A DNA stretch of 64,000 bases from Chloroflexota bacterium (GTDB lineage Bacteria; Chloroflexota; UBA11872; VXOZ01). The stretch is taken from assembly GCA_965221905.1 (NCBI GenBank), contig OZ244922.1, positions 2,080,001 to 2,144,000 on the forward strand. Direction: 5' to 3'. This document shows, in pieces, positions 1-8,898 of the stretch (positions are counted from its first letter, which is position 1; every line of letters begins with the position of its first letter). A model generated the notes under the pieces. It made no database searches. It saw only the letters and a program-made list of their open reading frames with translations, and had not been told where the DNA came from. A program made the position numbers and the translations under genes.

Positions 1-1170
1 CATGCCGTAGCCACCGGATTCACCGACACGTTTTACCACTAAATTCTGTAAATTGTCAAGCGTAAACTCCAGATCTTCACGCCGCCTGCAGAGGTAAGTA
101 GGTACGTTTGCAAGGATCGGCTCTTCATGTAAGTAGTAGCGGATCATGTCAGGCACGTAGGCATACATGCTCTTGTCATCCGCTACACCAGTACCCGGAG
201 CATTCACCAGGGCAACATTGCCAAGCTTGTACGCATGGAGCAGGCCCGGTACCCCAAGCAGTGAATCCGGGCGAAATACAAGCGGGTCCAAGAAGTCATC
301 GTCCACACGCCTGTACACCACGTCGACTCGCCGCAAGCCCGCGGTAGTGCGCATATAGACATAGCCATCGTTCACCAATAGGTCACGACCCTCCACGAGC
401 TCCGCTCCGATCTCGCGGGCCAGGAAGATGTGTTCATAAAAGGCGGAGTTGTAGACGCCCGGGGTCAACAACACGATGGTGGGATTCGATTGTCCGCTCG
501 TTGCGAGCTCTCGGAGCGTTGTCTGGAGCACTTGGCCGTAGTGTTCGATCTCCCGGACGCGAGACCTTCTATACAGACGGCGAAAGCTCTTCTTCACCGC
601 CTCGCGATTTGCCAGCATGTAGGAGACGCCGGAGGGAACCCGCAGGTTGTCTTCAAGCACACAGAAGCCGTCGCTGGTCCGCACAATGTCGGAGCCGCAG
701 ATAGCAACCCATGTGCCGTGGGGGGCAGAAAACCCGCGCATTTCGACCCGGTACTGGGGACATCCACGCACCATGTCTACGGGGATTACACCGTCATGGA
801 CGATGCTCGGTTCGCCATAGAGATCCTTGCTTCTGGATCTTCCGTAGACGTCTTCCAAGAAGCTATTCAGCGCTTTTATTCGCTGCGTTAATCCCGCCTC
901 GATTACTTGCCAATCTGAACCTGAAAGAACGCGAGGGAGAGAGTCGATCGGAATAATGCGCTCGTCGGCCTCATCGTCGCCGTAGACCGTAAACGTGATG
1001 CCTTCGTTGGAAAATGAGCGGGTAACCCGTTCCTGGATTGTCGCCAACTCTTCGGGTGAAAGCTGGCAAAGCAGTTCGTGAAGGTCTCGACTGTGTTCCC
1101 GGGGAGTGCCGTCCGACAAGAACATCTCGTCGTAGACGTCGGCATCAAGTTGATAGTCTTCAAAGTTCAC
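1..1170 (-). CDS. Circularly permuted type 2 ATP-grasp protein (DUF404-type); partial, runs off the left edge
   Basis: Not in the ORF track because it is open at the edge. Hand translation from GTG at 1170 gives MNFEDYQLDADVYDEMF...EGITFTVYG...VLEDNLRVPSGVSYMLANR...VDVVYRRVDDDFLDP...GTGVADDKSMYAYVP...GESGGYGM, the family motifs. An in-frame TGA at 1174-1176 fixes the start. Confidence 0.92.
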   Translation of the reverse strand, partial: MNFEDYQLDADVYDEMFLSDGTPREHSRDLHELLCQLSPEELATIQERVTRSFSNEGITFTVYGDDEADERIIPIDSLPRVLSGSDWQVIEAGLTQRIKALNSFLEDVYGRSRSKDLYGEPSIVHDGVIPVDMVRGCPQYRVEMRGFSAPHGTWVAICGSDIVRTSDGFCVLEDNLRVPSGVSYMLANREAVKKSFRRLYRRSRVREIEHYGQVLQTTLRELATSGQSNPTIVLLTPGVYNSAFYEHIFLAREIGAELVEGRDLLVNDGYVYMRTTAGLRRVDVVYRRVDDDFLDPLVFRPDSLLGVPGLLHAYKLGNVALVNAPGTGVADDKSMYAYVPDMIRYYLHEEPILANVPTYLCRRREDLEFTLDNLQNLVVKRVGESGGYGM

Positions 1171-1528
1171 GGCTCATCTCGCTTACCGGGTTTGAATGGC
1201 TCATTGCCAGTGTCATAGCACCATGTCAGTCGTGCACCACTAGCACTCCACATTCCATAGTCGAGCGTTCAGAAAACGTGTCGGCCTCGCCAGAACAGTA
1301 GCAAAACAAGCACACAATTTCAAGCCTTCGCAATTCTGCGTCAAGCTTGTGGAATATCTGGCTGATAGCAACTAAAATGCAAGTTCGCTCAAGCGCCATG
1401 TGTCAATACCAATTGCGCCCGGCATGGGAGCAACTTGGCGATAGACACCAACTAGCCCGGTGCTCGCGGGTAGAAGGAATCCAATTGGCCGATCAGCACA
1501 TTGCCCTGATTAGACCGCACTCCCAACG

Positions 1529-3694
1529 CTATGCTTGGACCGGCTCTTCATCGGCACCCTCTCCAATAACCACGGGCGCAAGAGGGATTTCGATTGTCAT
1601 TTCGGTAAATTCGCCGGGTTCGGATTCGACGCGGATAGTGCCGCCATGGCGCCGCACAATGTCGCTGGACATGGCAAGACCAAGGCCGGTGCCTTGGTCG
1701 GTAGGCTTTGTAGTAAAGAAGGGATTGAACATCTTCTCAACAACGTCCGGTGGCATGCCGGTGCCATTGTCTTTGATGCGGAATTCGGCAGACTCGTCAC
1801 CTCGCCGCGAAGAGAGCCAGACTGTGGGGCTATAGTCCGTGGCGCCATCCGTTTTCTCGATGGCACGCCTTCTCTCATCGGTAGCGTCGCAGGCGTTGCT
1901 TACCATATTCAAGAAGACGCGGCCCATGTCCTGCGGAATGACTTCGATCTCTCCCATATCCGGGTCGAGGTCTTGCTTCAAGTCAAGCTGGAAATCCGAA
2001 TCGGTAGCCCGCTTGCTGTGGTAAGCGAGGCGTGCGTGTTCATCCAGAAGGTTATTGACATTCGTGGGCTGCTGTCCGCCGGTGCCCCGGCCCATGGAGA
2101 GCATGTCATGCACAATGCGGTTAGCGCGTTCTCCGTGCGAATGAATGCGTTCGAGGTTGCCTGTGAGATCACCGGAAATCTCTGCGATGAGGTCGCGGTC
2201 CTCAGCGCTCAACTCGCCTCCGTTTTCACTGAGAACCTCTCGCAATTCTTCAAGCAGGTCTGCTGAAGACTCGGAGAAATTCTTGACGAAGTTTAACGGG
2301 TTCTTGATCTCGTGGGCCACACCTGCGGTGAGCTCACCGAGTGCAGCCAGCTTCTCGCGCATTACGATTTGGTCTTGCGCTCTTCTCAAGTCAACCAACA
2401 CGCTTTCAAGCTGTTCATTCTTTCCCTGTAACTCGTCTGCAAGCTTCTCAACCAGATTCAAGCGCTGCACTTCCAATGCGTGACGACGGAAGACTTCCAG
2501 AGCTGAAGCCATTTCCGCTACCTCGTCGCGGCCACCAATCTCGACCTGGGCCTCCAAGTCGCCACCGGCCATATCGCGCATCCAACTTGAAAGCATTTCA
2601 ATTCGGCGCACCACGACCCGGCCAACGAAGAGCCACACGATTACCAGGGCGCCGCCAATACTGATGATGCCGATGGCAAGCAGGAGAAGACGACCGGTTA
2701 AAATTGCCTGCGTGGACGCTTGGGTGGCTTCCTCTACACTGTCGGACGCTGCGCTTACCAGGCCTTCCACCTCGCCCAGGAGTTCGTTGGCCAGATCGTT
2801 GTTGCTTGCCAACAAAGAGTTCTGGTGCTCGACGAGCCGCAGTTGCCGGGCGCGTAATTCAAATACGCTCTTCAACTCCAACAATTCGTCGAAGATAGGG
2901 GCAAGTTCGGCATAGAATGGCGCGTCCAGAAGCGCAAAGAGACTCCGCTCAATCTGGCTCTGAGCGGACTCGAATCGCTCCCTTAAAGGCTCGACTGAAG
3001 CCGCATCTGAAACCACATAGGAGTTTGCCAAAAGCTCGGTGGCAATGTTAGCTTGCGTGCGCAAAATCTCTAAGTGGCGATACCGATTGAATTCTTCTTC
3101 AGAGAAGTGGTCTGCGCGCGGCGCTGCGGCTTCTCCGATGGCACGAAAACCTGTGATCAAGTAGAAGATCTGGTCGTCAATCTCGGGGACCAAGACTTCG
3201 TCCAGGCCGCTGCGCAGGTTTGTTAGTGCATCACGCAACTGCTCACTTTGCCTATTCAGTTCAAACGACTCGGACATCCCGGTTTCAACGGCGCCGATGT
3301 TAGAAATGAGGGCATCGGCGCGGGCACGAACGCGCGCAAATCGTTCATCCGCTGAATCGGCCTGCTCCAAGACAGCCAATTGCTCCTCAAGGGCGGCATG
3401 CGCTTCGTCGATACTGGCAGCTACGCGGTTGAAGTCCGCGGGCGACGCAGCGCTCGCGAGCCGTGGAGCAGCGGCCTCTAACGAGTTACTGTGCTGTGCC
3501 ACCCTAAAGGCGGCTACCATTTCCGGCACGCTTCCTTCGTTTACCTGGCTCTGGACTTCACCAACGCGATTGAACGAAAACCACCCCACGAGACTGGCCG
3601 CAATGACAAGCGTCACAGCGCCGCCAATGCCCAAATAGAGCTGCGTTGATATCCTGTAACGGCTTTCGAGCAAGCCCCGAAATTGTTCAATCAC
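1529..3694 (-). CDS. Membrane sensor histidine kinase: TorS-like helical extracytoplasmic domain, HAMP, HisKA, HATPase
   Basis: Two TM segments flank about 300 aa of helical sensor. H-box VAHEIKNPLNF, N-box FLNMVSNA, DNGTG, FNPFFTTK, GTGLGL. GTGA overlap with the upstream gene. Confidence 0.93.
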   Translation of the reverse strand: MIEQFRGLLESRYRISTQLYLGIGGAVTLVIAASLVGWFSFNRVGEVQSQVNEGSVPEMVAAFRVAQHSNSLEAAAPRLASAASPADFNRVAASIDEAHAALEEQLAVLEQADSADERFARVRARADALISNIGAVETGMSESFELNRQSEQLRDALTNLRSGLDEVLVPEIDDQIFYLITGFRAIGEAAAPRADHFSEEEFNRYRHLEILRTQANIATELLANSYVVSDAASVEPLRERFESAQSQIERSLFALLDAPFYAELAPIFDELLELKSVFELRARQLRLVEHQNSLLASNNDLANELLGEVEGLVSAASDSVEEATQASTQAILTGRLLLLAIGIISIGGALVIVWLFVGRVVVRRIEMLSSWMRDMAGGDLEAQVEIGGRDEVAEMASALEVFRRHALEVQRLNLVEKLADELQGKNEQLESVLVDLRRAQDQIVMREKLAALGELTAGVAHEIKNPLNFVKNFSESSADLLEELREVLSENGGELSAEDRDLIAEISGDLTGNLERIHSHGERANRIVHDMLSMGRGTGGQQPTNVNNLLDEHARLAYHSKRATDSDFQLDLKQDLDPDMGEIEVIPQDMGRVFLNMVSNACDATDERRRAIEKTDGATDYSPTVWLSSRRGDESAEFRIKDNGTGMPPDVVEKMFNPFFTTKPTDQGTGLGLAMSSDIVRRHGGTIRVESEPGEFTEMTIEIPLAPVVIGEGADEEPVQA

Positions 3695-4965
3695 TGTTCT
3701 ATATCTCGTAGTGAACTCACAGGCTGGTACGTGCCGTCCGGGCCGATCATAGTAAGGAATACTGAATCTGATCCCTGGTTGTCGTCCGAACCATAGTTAA
3801 GTTCAAATTCGCTTAAGTCGATCACCCCAGTATTTCGTATGCTATCGAGAAAGCACTCTCGCGTGAGCTGCGGGCCGCACCGCTCAAGCCCGGCGATTGC
3901 CAGGCGCCCGGCAAGGTAGCCCTCTAGTGAAACAAAGCTGGGATCATGCCACGAAGACAATTCGCGAATGGCGCGAAGGTAGTCCTTGACGATTTGTTTG
4001 GAGTCGTCTGTTGGGAACGGAACCACCTGTGTCACGAACACTCCTACTCCCGCAGGGCCAAGTTCTTCCGCCAAGGCGTTGCTGCCGACAAAGGAAACGT
4101 TCATGAAAACCGGGTCCAGACCAATGTGCCGTGCCCAAAGGATAAGGGCGGCAACCGGCTTGTATGCGCCAATCATAATCACCGCTTCGGGATTACCGCG
4201 ACGGAGATCGAGCAAGGCCGCCTTTACAGCAGTGGTGTTGCGCGTATAGACGCCAATTGACACCATTTCCATGTTTCGCTTATCTAGGGCCAACCGCACC
4301 CCGTTGAAGCCGGCGCGACCGTAAGAATCGTCCTGATACAACACACCGATACGCGTGACGCCCAAGTCGATGGTCAGTCTTTCGACCATTTCTTCGGTCT
4401 CTTGATAATAAGAGGCGCGCATATTCACTACATTGAAAAGGTCTGAATTGCGCAGGAATTCGGCGCCGGTGAAGGGGGCAATGTAGGGGACACCCGCTTC
4501 ATAAGCAACCGGCACCGCAGAGCGGGACGTCGGCGTGCCAACGGCTCCGATGAGGGCGAATACATCGTGCTCTTCTATGAGCATTCTGGTGTTGGCAATA
4601 GCGGCTTCCGGTTCGTAGGCATCATCAGATATGAGCAAAACAAGCTCCCGCCCATGGACGCCGCCCTTCTGGTTGACTTCATGGAAAGCGGCCCTAATGC
4701 CGAATTCCATGTTAGTACCAAGCTCTACAGCGGGGCCGCTGAAGGCTGCGGATTGGCCAAAGAGAATCTGGTCGTCGGTGACGCCGGGAGCAGCAGACTG
4801 GGAAGCATCGGCTGCGGTCACTGGCGTTGCTGTTGCAACTACTGACTCGCCATCTTGGGCAGGTGTGGAGCAACCCACGAGAATAGCGGCAACGACAAAC
4901 CCACCAATGACCCTCACCATTGCATTGAATAGTGGGACCGTCGGCAGGCGGTGGGCCCTCTTCAT
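3691..4965 (-). CDS. Type-1 periplasmic-binding-fold (LivJ/branched-chain-amino-acid-like) solute-binding lipoprotein
   Basis: Lipobox-like ILVGC; motifs GVTDDQILFGQSAAFSGP, GGVHGR, DDAYEP, GAVGTPT, RASYYQE. Confidence 0.88.
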   Translation of the reverse strand: MKRAHRLPTVPLFNAMVRVIGGFVVAAILVGCSTPAQDGESVVATATPVTAADASQSAAPGVTDDQILFGQSAAFSGPAVELGTNMEFGIRAAFHEVNQKGGVHGRELVLLISDDAYEPEAAIANTRMLIEEHDVFALIGAVGTPTSRSAVPVAYEAGVPYIAPFTGAEFLRNSDLFNVVNMRASYYQETEEMVERLTIDLGVTRIGVLYQDDSYGRAGFNGVRLALDKRNMEMVSIGVYTRNTTAVKAALLDLRRGNPEAVIMIGAYKPVAALILWARHIGLDPVFMNVSFVGSNALAEELGPAGVGVFVTQVVPFPTDDSKQIVKDYLRAIRELSSWHDPSFVSLEGYLAGRLAIAGLERCGPQLTRECFLDSIRNTGVIDLSEFELNYGSDDNQGSDSVFLTMIGPDGTYQPVSSLRDIEQ

Positions 4966-5381
4966 TTGGCTATACTCGCAACCATTGTTAGATGATTCTT
5001 GCCCTGTTCCCGTCGATAGCGCACGTCATCCATTATTTTGCGCACAAGATGGATGCCTAAACCGCCTATGCTTCTATCCTCTAGCTCACCGGTCACATTG
5101 GGTTTAGGAGCGTCATGCAACGGATCAAAGGGCCGACCGTCATCAACGATCTCTATCGTGAGGGCGTTCTCATCAGAAAATAGTGATATTTCAATTTCAT
5201 GCAGACCATCGTCATGACCGTAATTCATGACGTTGATTACTACCTCTTCTAAGGCCAAGTTCACCTTGAATACGAGATCCAAAGGCCAATCCGCTTGCAG
5301 GCCGAAGTCCTCTATGGCTGTCGAGACCCGGTCTAACTCATCTTGTTTGGTCTCGACCTTTAGGTGCAATTCTGTACCCAC
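4962..5381 (-). CDS. RsbW/SpoIIAB-like anti-sigma factor Ser kinase (HATPase_c_2)
   Basis: LALEEVVINVMNYG, DDGRPFDP, GGLGIHLV. Probable GTG start at 5381, directly after the stop of the upstream gene (the track ORF starts at 5447). Confidence 0.9.
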   Translation of the reverse strand: MGTELHLKVETKQDELDRVSTAIEDFGLQADWPLDLVFKVNLALEEVVINVMNYGHDDGLHEIEISLFSDENALTIEIVDDGRPFDPLHDAPKPNVTGELEDRSIGGLGIHLVRKIMDDVRYRREQGKNHLTMVASIAK

Positions 5382-5382
5382 T

Positions 5383-6543
5383 TCAAGACTCGCTACGGTA
5401 AATGGCCAAGCAGGTGATATCGTCAGATTGAGGTGTATCGCCGGCAAAGTCGCTTACAGCTTGGAAGACCGCTTCGTTTGCTTCTTTGGGGTCTCGAGGA
5501 GGATTGGTCGCGAACACTTCCTGCAAGCGTTCTACCCCAAACTCCTCTTCTTGGGCATTCATGGCCTCGGTGACACCGTCCGTGTAGAGGAATGCGAGAT
5601 CGCCGGGAGCCAAGCTTATCGATTGCTGCTGATAGGGCATATCCGGCACCACTCCAAGCGCGATGCCTCCTGTTAGTGGAAGCAGAGATGAGCTCCCGTC
5701 GGGATGCACAATGAGAGGACTGTTATGTCCTCCGTTGGCGTAAGTGAATTCACCGGTTGACGAACTATACACCGCATACAGAATCGTGACGAACATTCCT
5801 GTGTCATTGTCTTCATGGAGCAGATCGTTAACCTCACCCAGAACTTGACCGGGCTCTCCCATGCCAATGGCAGAGCCTTTCAAGAGAGTGCGGCTAGACA
5901 TCATAAAGAGAGCGGCCGGAACGCCCTTGTCGGAGACGTCCGCAATAGCAACGCCGACAAGGCCGGCATCCAAAGTCAATACGTCGAAGAAGTCTCCACC
6001 GACGTTGCGGGCCGGCTCCATGCTGGCGTAAATCTCAAAGTCAGTACCTCGGGGGAAGTCAGTGGGGAGGATTGATTGTTGGATTTGACTGGCAACGTTC
6101 AGCTCGTTCTGCAACGCGACAAGCTTATCGCGCGACGAGAGCGCCTCACGCCACTCAGTCATATGACTCAGAGTGCGATCGATAGTGATTTGGAGGTCCG
6201 CAAAGTCCAGCGGCTTGGTGACGAAGTCGAAAGCGCCTCGATTCATCGCCGTCCGGATATTCTTCATATCCCCGTAAGCTGAGACGATTACGGAGCGAAT
6301 GTTGGGATCAACTTTGGGAATCTGCTCAAGCAGTGTCAAGCCGTCCATGCGCGGCATATTGATATCGGACAGTACCATATCAATTTCATTATCTTCATTG
6401 AGGCGTTCCAGCGCTTCTATGCCATTCTGAGCAAATACAAATGTATACCGCCCTGCTCTAATGTGGCGCCGCATCCGCTGCAACATGAGCGGCTCGAGAT
6501 CCGGTTCATCGTCGACAACGAGGATCTTATAGGGTGGTTCCAT
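5383..6543 (-). CDS. Receiver domain plus SpoIIE/PP2C phosphatase (RsbU/RsbY-like)
   Basis: REC motifs ILVVDDE, LSDINMP, FVTKP; PP2C motifs VGGDFFD, ADVSDKG, YTDGVTEA, SDDIT. Confidence 0.93.
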   Translation of the reverse strand: MEPPYKILVVDDEPDLEPLMLQRMRRHIRAGRYTFVFAQNGIEALERLNEDNEIDMVLSDINMPRMDGLTLLEQIPKVDPNIRSVIVSAYGDMKNIRTAMNRGAFDFVTKPLDFADLQITIDRTLSHMTEWREALSSRDKLVALQNELNVASQIQQSILPTDFPRGTDFEIYASMEPARNVGGDFFDVLTLDAGLVGVAIADVSDKGVPAALFMMSSRTLLKGSAIGMGEPGQVLGEVNDLLHEDNDTGMFVTILYAVYSSSTGEFTYANGGHNSPLIVHPDGSSSLLPLTGGIALGVVPDMPYQQQSISLAPGDLAFLYTDGVTEAMNAQEEEFGVERLQEVFATNPPRDPKEANEAVFQAVSDFAGDTPQSDDITCLAIYRSES

Positions 6544-6636
6544 CGTTTCCTTTCCACAAGAACTACATTAGCAAGCCCAATAGGTCCTTCCTATTAGCTG
6601 GCCAGAGTTCTCAACACTGCGAAAGAATGGGGTGAG

Positions 6637-6975
6637 CTAGTTCTTGAGTGCGTCTATTGCCTCATCTCGAGAGTCGTGAACTGCAATGATCTGATCGAAA
6701 CCGCTAATCTCGAAGATTTCGCGGATTGACTCAGAAAGAGAGCATACAGCGAATCTGGCATCCTGCTTTTGGAGAGACTTGGCGGTTAATAGGATGACCC
6801 GCAGCCCAGCACTACTTATATAAGAAACTTCCTCCAAATCCAAGACAACGGCTCGCTCGCTCGCGTCTATCGCAGCATCTAATGCATCCTGGAATTCACG
6901 GGCATTAGCACCATCAATGCGACCGTCCGTCTTTGCGATTAAGGTATTGTCCTGCCGCTCGGTGGTAACTCCCAT
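6637..6975 (-). CDS. STAS-domain anti-sigma factor antagonist (RsbV/SpoIIAA-like)
   Basis: 112 aa; LDLEEVSYISSAGLR phosphoserine motif; FEISGF; RBS GGAG upstream. Confidence 0.93.
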   Translation of the reverse strand: MGVTTERQDNTLIAKTDGRIDGANAREFQDALDAAIDASERAVVLDLEEVSYISSAGLRVILLTAKSLQKQDARFAVCSLSESIREIFEISGFDQIIAVHDSRDEAIDALKN

Positions 6976-7196
6976 TGGGCACTTCTCCTAAGTGTTGCTA
7001 TTCGGCTCTTGGCTGATCGCAATGCGTGAACGACAACCGCCGGTTTCGAAACCGGCTTTGCGTTTCACCTCACAGGCATTCCCTCCACTGGATGTAATGC
7101 AATCGGCTCGTTTTCTACCGATAGTACAAGCGTCTCCTGATCCTAGGAAATACTATACCATTTCCGATTATAGGGGTATGGCAAAGAATGCAAATG

Positions 7197-7517
7197 CTAC
7201 TTTGCAGACTCCCCGGTCTCCGCAGGCATAACCTCAGATATCCAAACCCGTGAATATCGGGACGGATCGGATGCGCTAGCACGACGAATGGCAGCAGTGG
7301 CTTGCTCGACTATGCCATCTTCTACTATCGCCTCGATCTTCACCATGGGCAGGAAGTCAATCTTGTATTCGACACCACGCAGAATCTCCGAATGGCTCAC
7401 CTCTTCTCTGAAGCCTTTGATGTCGATTGCGCTGACACTCGTGACCCCAAGCTTCACTAGGGCTTCATATACAATGCTTACCCTATCCGGTTGAACCCGT
7501 GCCACGACTAGTTTCAT
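7197..7517 (-). CDS. Divergent P-II family nitrogen regulator (GlnK-like)
   Basis: Colinear with PII proteins (KGF...H.E..RG.EY..DFLP.VKIE) and directly downstream of amtB, but ligand-binding residues are degenerate (see findings). Confidence 0.85.
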   Translation of the reverse strand: MKLVVARVQPDRVSIVYEALVKLGVTSVSAIDIKGFREEVSHSEILRGVEYKIDFLPMVKIEAIVEDGIVEQATAAIRRASASDPSRYSRVWISEVMPAETGESAK

Positions 7518-7538
7518 TGTCTGTGTCCTTATGCTTCT

Positions 7539-8756
7539 CTAAATGTCATAGCCACGCTCGCCGTGAAAGGCGAGGTCGAGTCCTTGCTCCTCGTCTTGGG
7601 CAGAAACTCGTATCCCACCAGTAAGCATACCTGTAACTTTCACGATAATGAAAGTGAGGACAGCCGCCCATGCTATGACTACAACCACGCCAAGTGCCTG
7701 CACGCCTAGTTGTGCAATAATCGTGCCGCTGGCAACCAAGAGACCGCCACCGCCAAACGCAGCGACCGCTTAGACTGATACCAGCAGCGTGCCGAGTATG
7801 CCCCCCACGCCGTGCACTGCAAAGACGTCAAGCGAGTCGTCGATCTTCAATCTTTCTTTAACTATACCAACTGCGAAGAAACACACTAAACCCGCAAGCG
7901 CGCCCAGGATCACGCCGCCAATCGGTCCAACGAACCCAGAAGCGGGAGTGACTGTTGCTAGGCCCGCAATCGCGCCCGTGACGGCGCCTACCAGAGAAGG
8001 CTTACCCAGCTTGATCCACTCGATTGCCGACCACACGATCACAGCGCTAGCGGCTGCAAGATGGGTCGCGGTGATAGCCATGCCTGCGCCGCCATCAGCC
8101 ATCAGTTGGCTGCCCCCGTTGAATCCGAACCAGCCCACCCAGAGCATCGCGGCTCCCGCTGCGGTCATGCCGGGATTGTGCGGAGGTTGGAGTTGGTCGG
8201 GAAAACCGATCCGTCTGCCGAGTAGAGCGGCGATGACCAAGGCCGATATACCGGCGGTCGTATGAACCACCAGGCCGCCTGCAAAGTCCATTACGCCAAG
8301 CTCGCCCAGCCAACCACCACCCCAAACCCAATGACAAACCGGCGCATAAACGAGGATGAGCCAAGCACTGCTCAGGATTAGCATCGAAGAGAATTTGATG
8401 CGCTCCACATAGGCGCCCACGATTAGCGCCGGAGTAATGATGGCGAAAGTCATCTGAAAGATTGCGAATACGATTGCCGGGATCGAGCCCCTCATCATAT
8501 CCGCTGCCATACCAGCGAAGAAGACTCTATTAAAGCCGCCGACAATGCCGCCTAGGCTGTCGCCAAAAGACAGGCTGTAGCCCACAACCAACCAAAGTAT
8601 GCTGACCACAGCGGCAATGGAAAAACAGTGCATCATCACGGACAGTACCGACCTGGAACGCACCAAGCCCGCGTAGAACATTGCCAAACCCGGCAGTGTC
8701 ATGAACAAGACGAGAGCAGTAGACATTAGAATCCATGCAGTGTCGCCGGAGTTCAT
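7539..8756 (-). pseudogene. amtB: Ammonium transporter AmtB interrupted by one in-frame TAA (7770-7772)
   Basis: MNSGDTAW...DFAGGLVVH...GWFGFNGGS...DDSLDVFAVHG. The same frame continues past the stop: LLVSV*AVAAFGGG...EEQGLDLAFHGERGY. Either a true nonsense mutation or a sequence error. Confidence 0.85.
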
Positions 8757-8869
8757 GTGATTCTCCCTTGGGACATTTTACCGTTGGGGTAGAATGGTTG
8801 AAAGAGGTCGACCATACAAAATTTGGATGCTGAGAACATCGAGACAAGCAACCAAATAAACGCGACACT

Positions 8870-8898
8870 ACCCTACCAACTACGGCTGCGTCTGTCAA
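8870..8898 (-). promoter_or_regulatory. Candidate sigma70-type promoter for amtB-PII
   Basis: Minus strand TTGACA (8898-8893), 17 bp spacer, TAGGGT (8875-8870). Confidence 0.45.

Noticed and set aside
430-891. 153-aa plus-strand ORF and neighbouring short ORFs
   Set aside because: Antisense shadows of the CP-ATP-grasp gene, which carries clear family motifs.
7539-7739. 66-aa ORF as an independent gene
   Set aside because: It is the in-frame C-terminus of AmtB after the internal stop.
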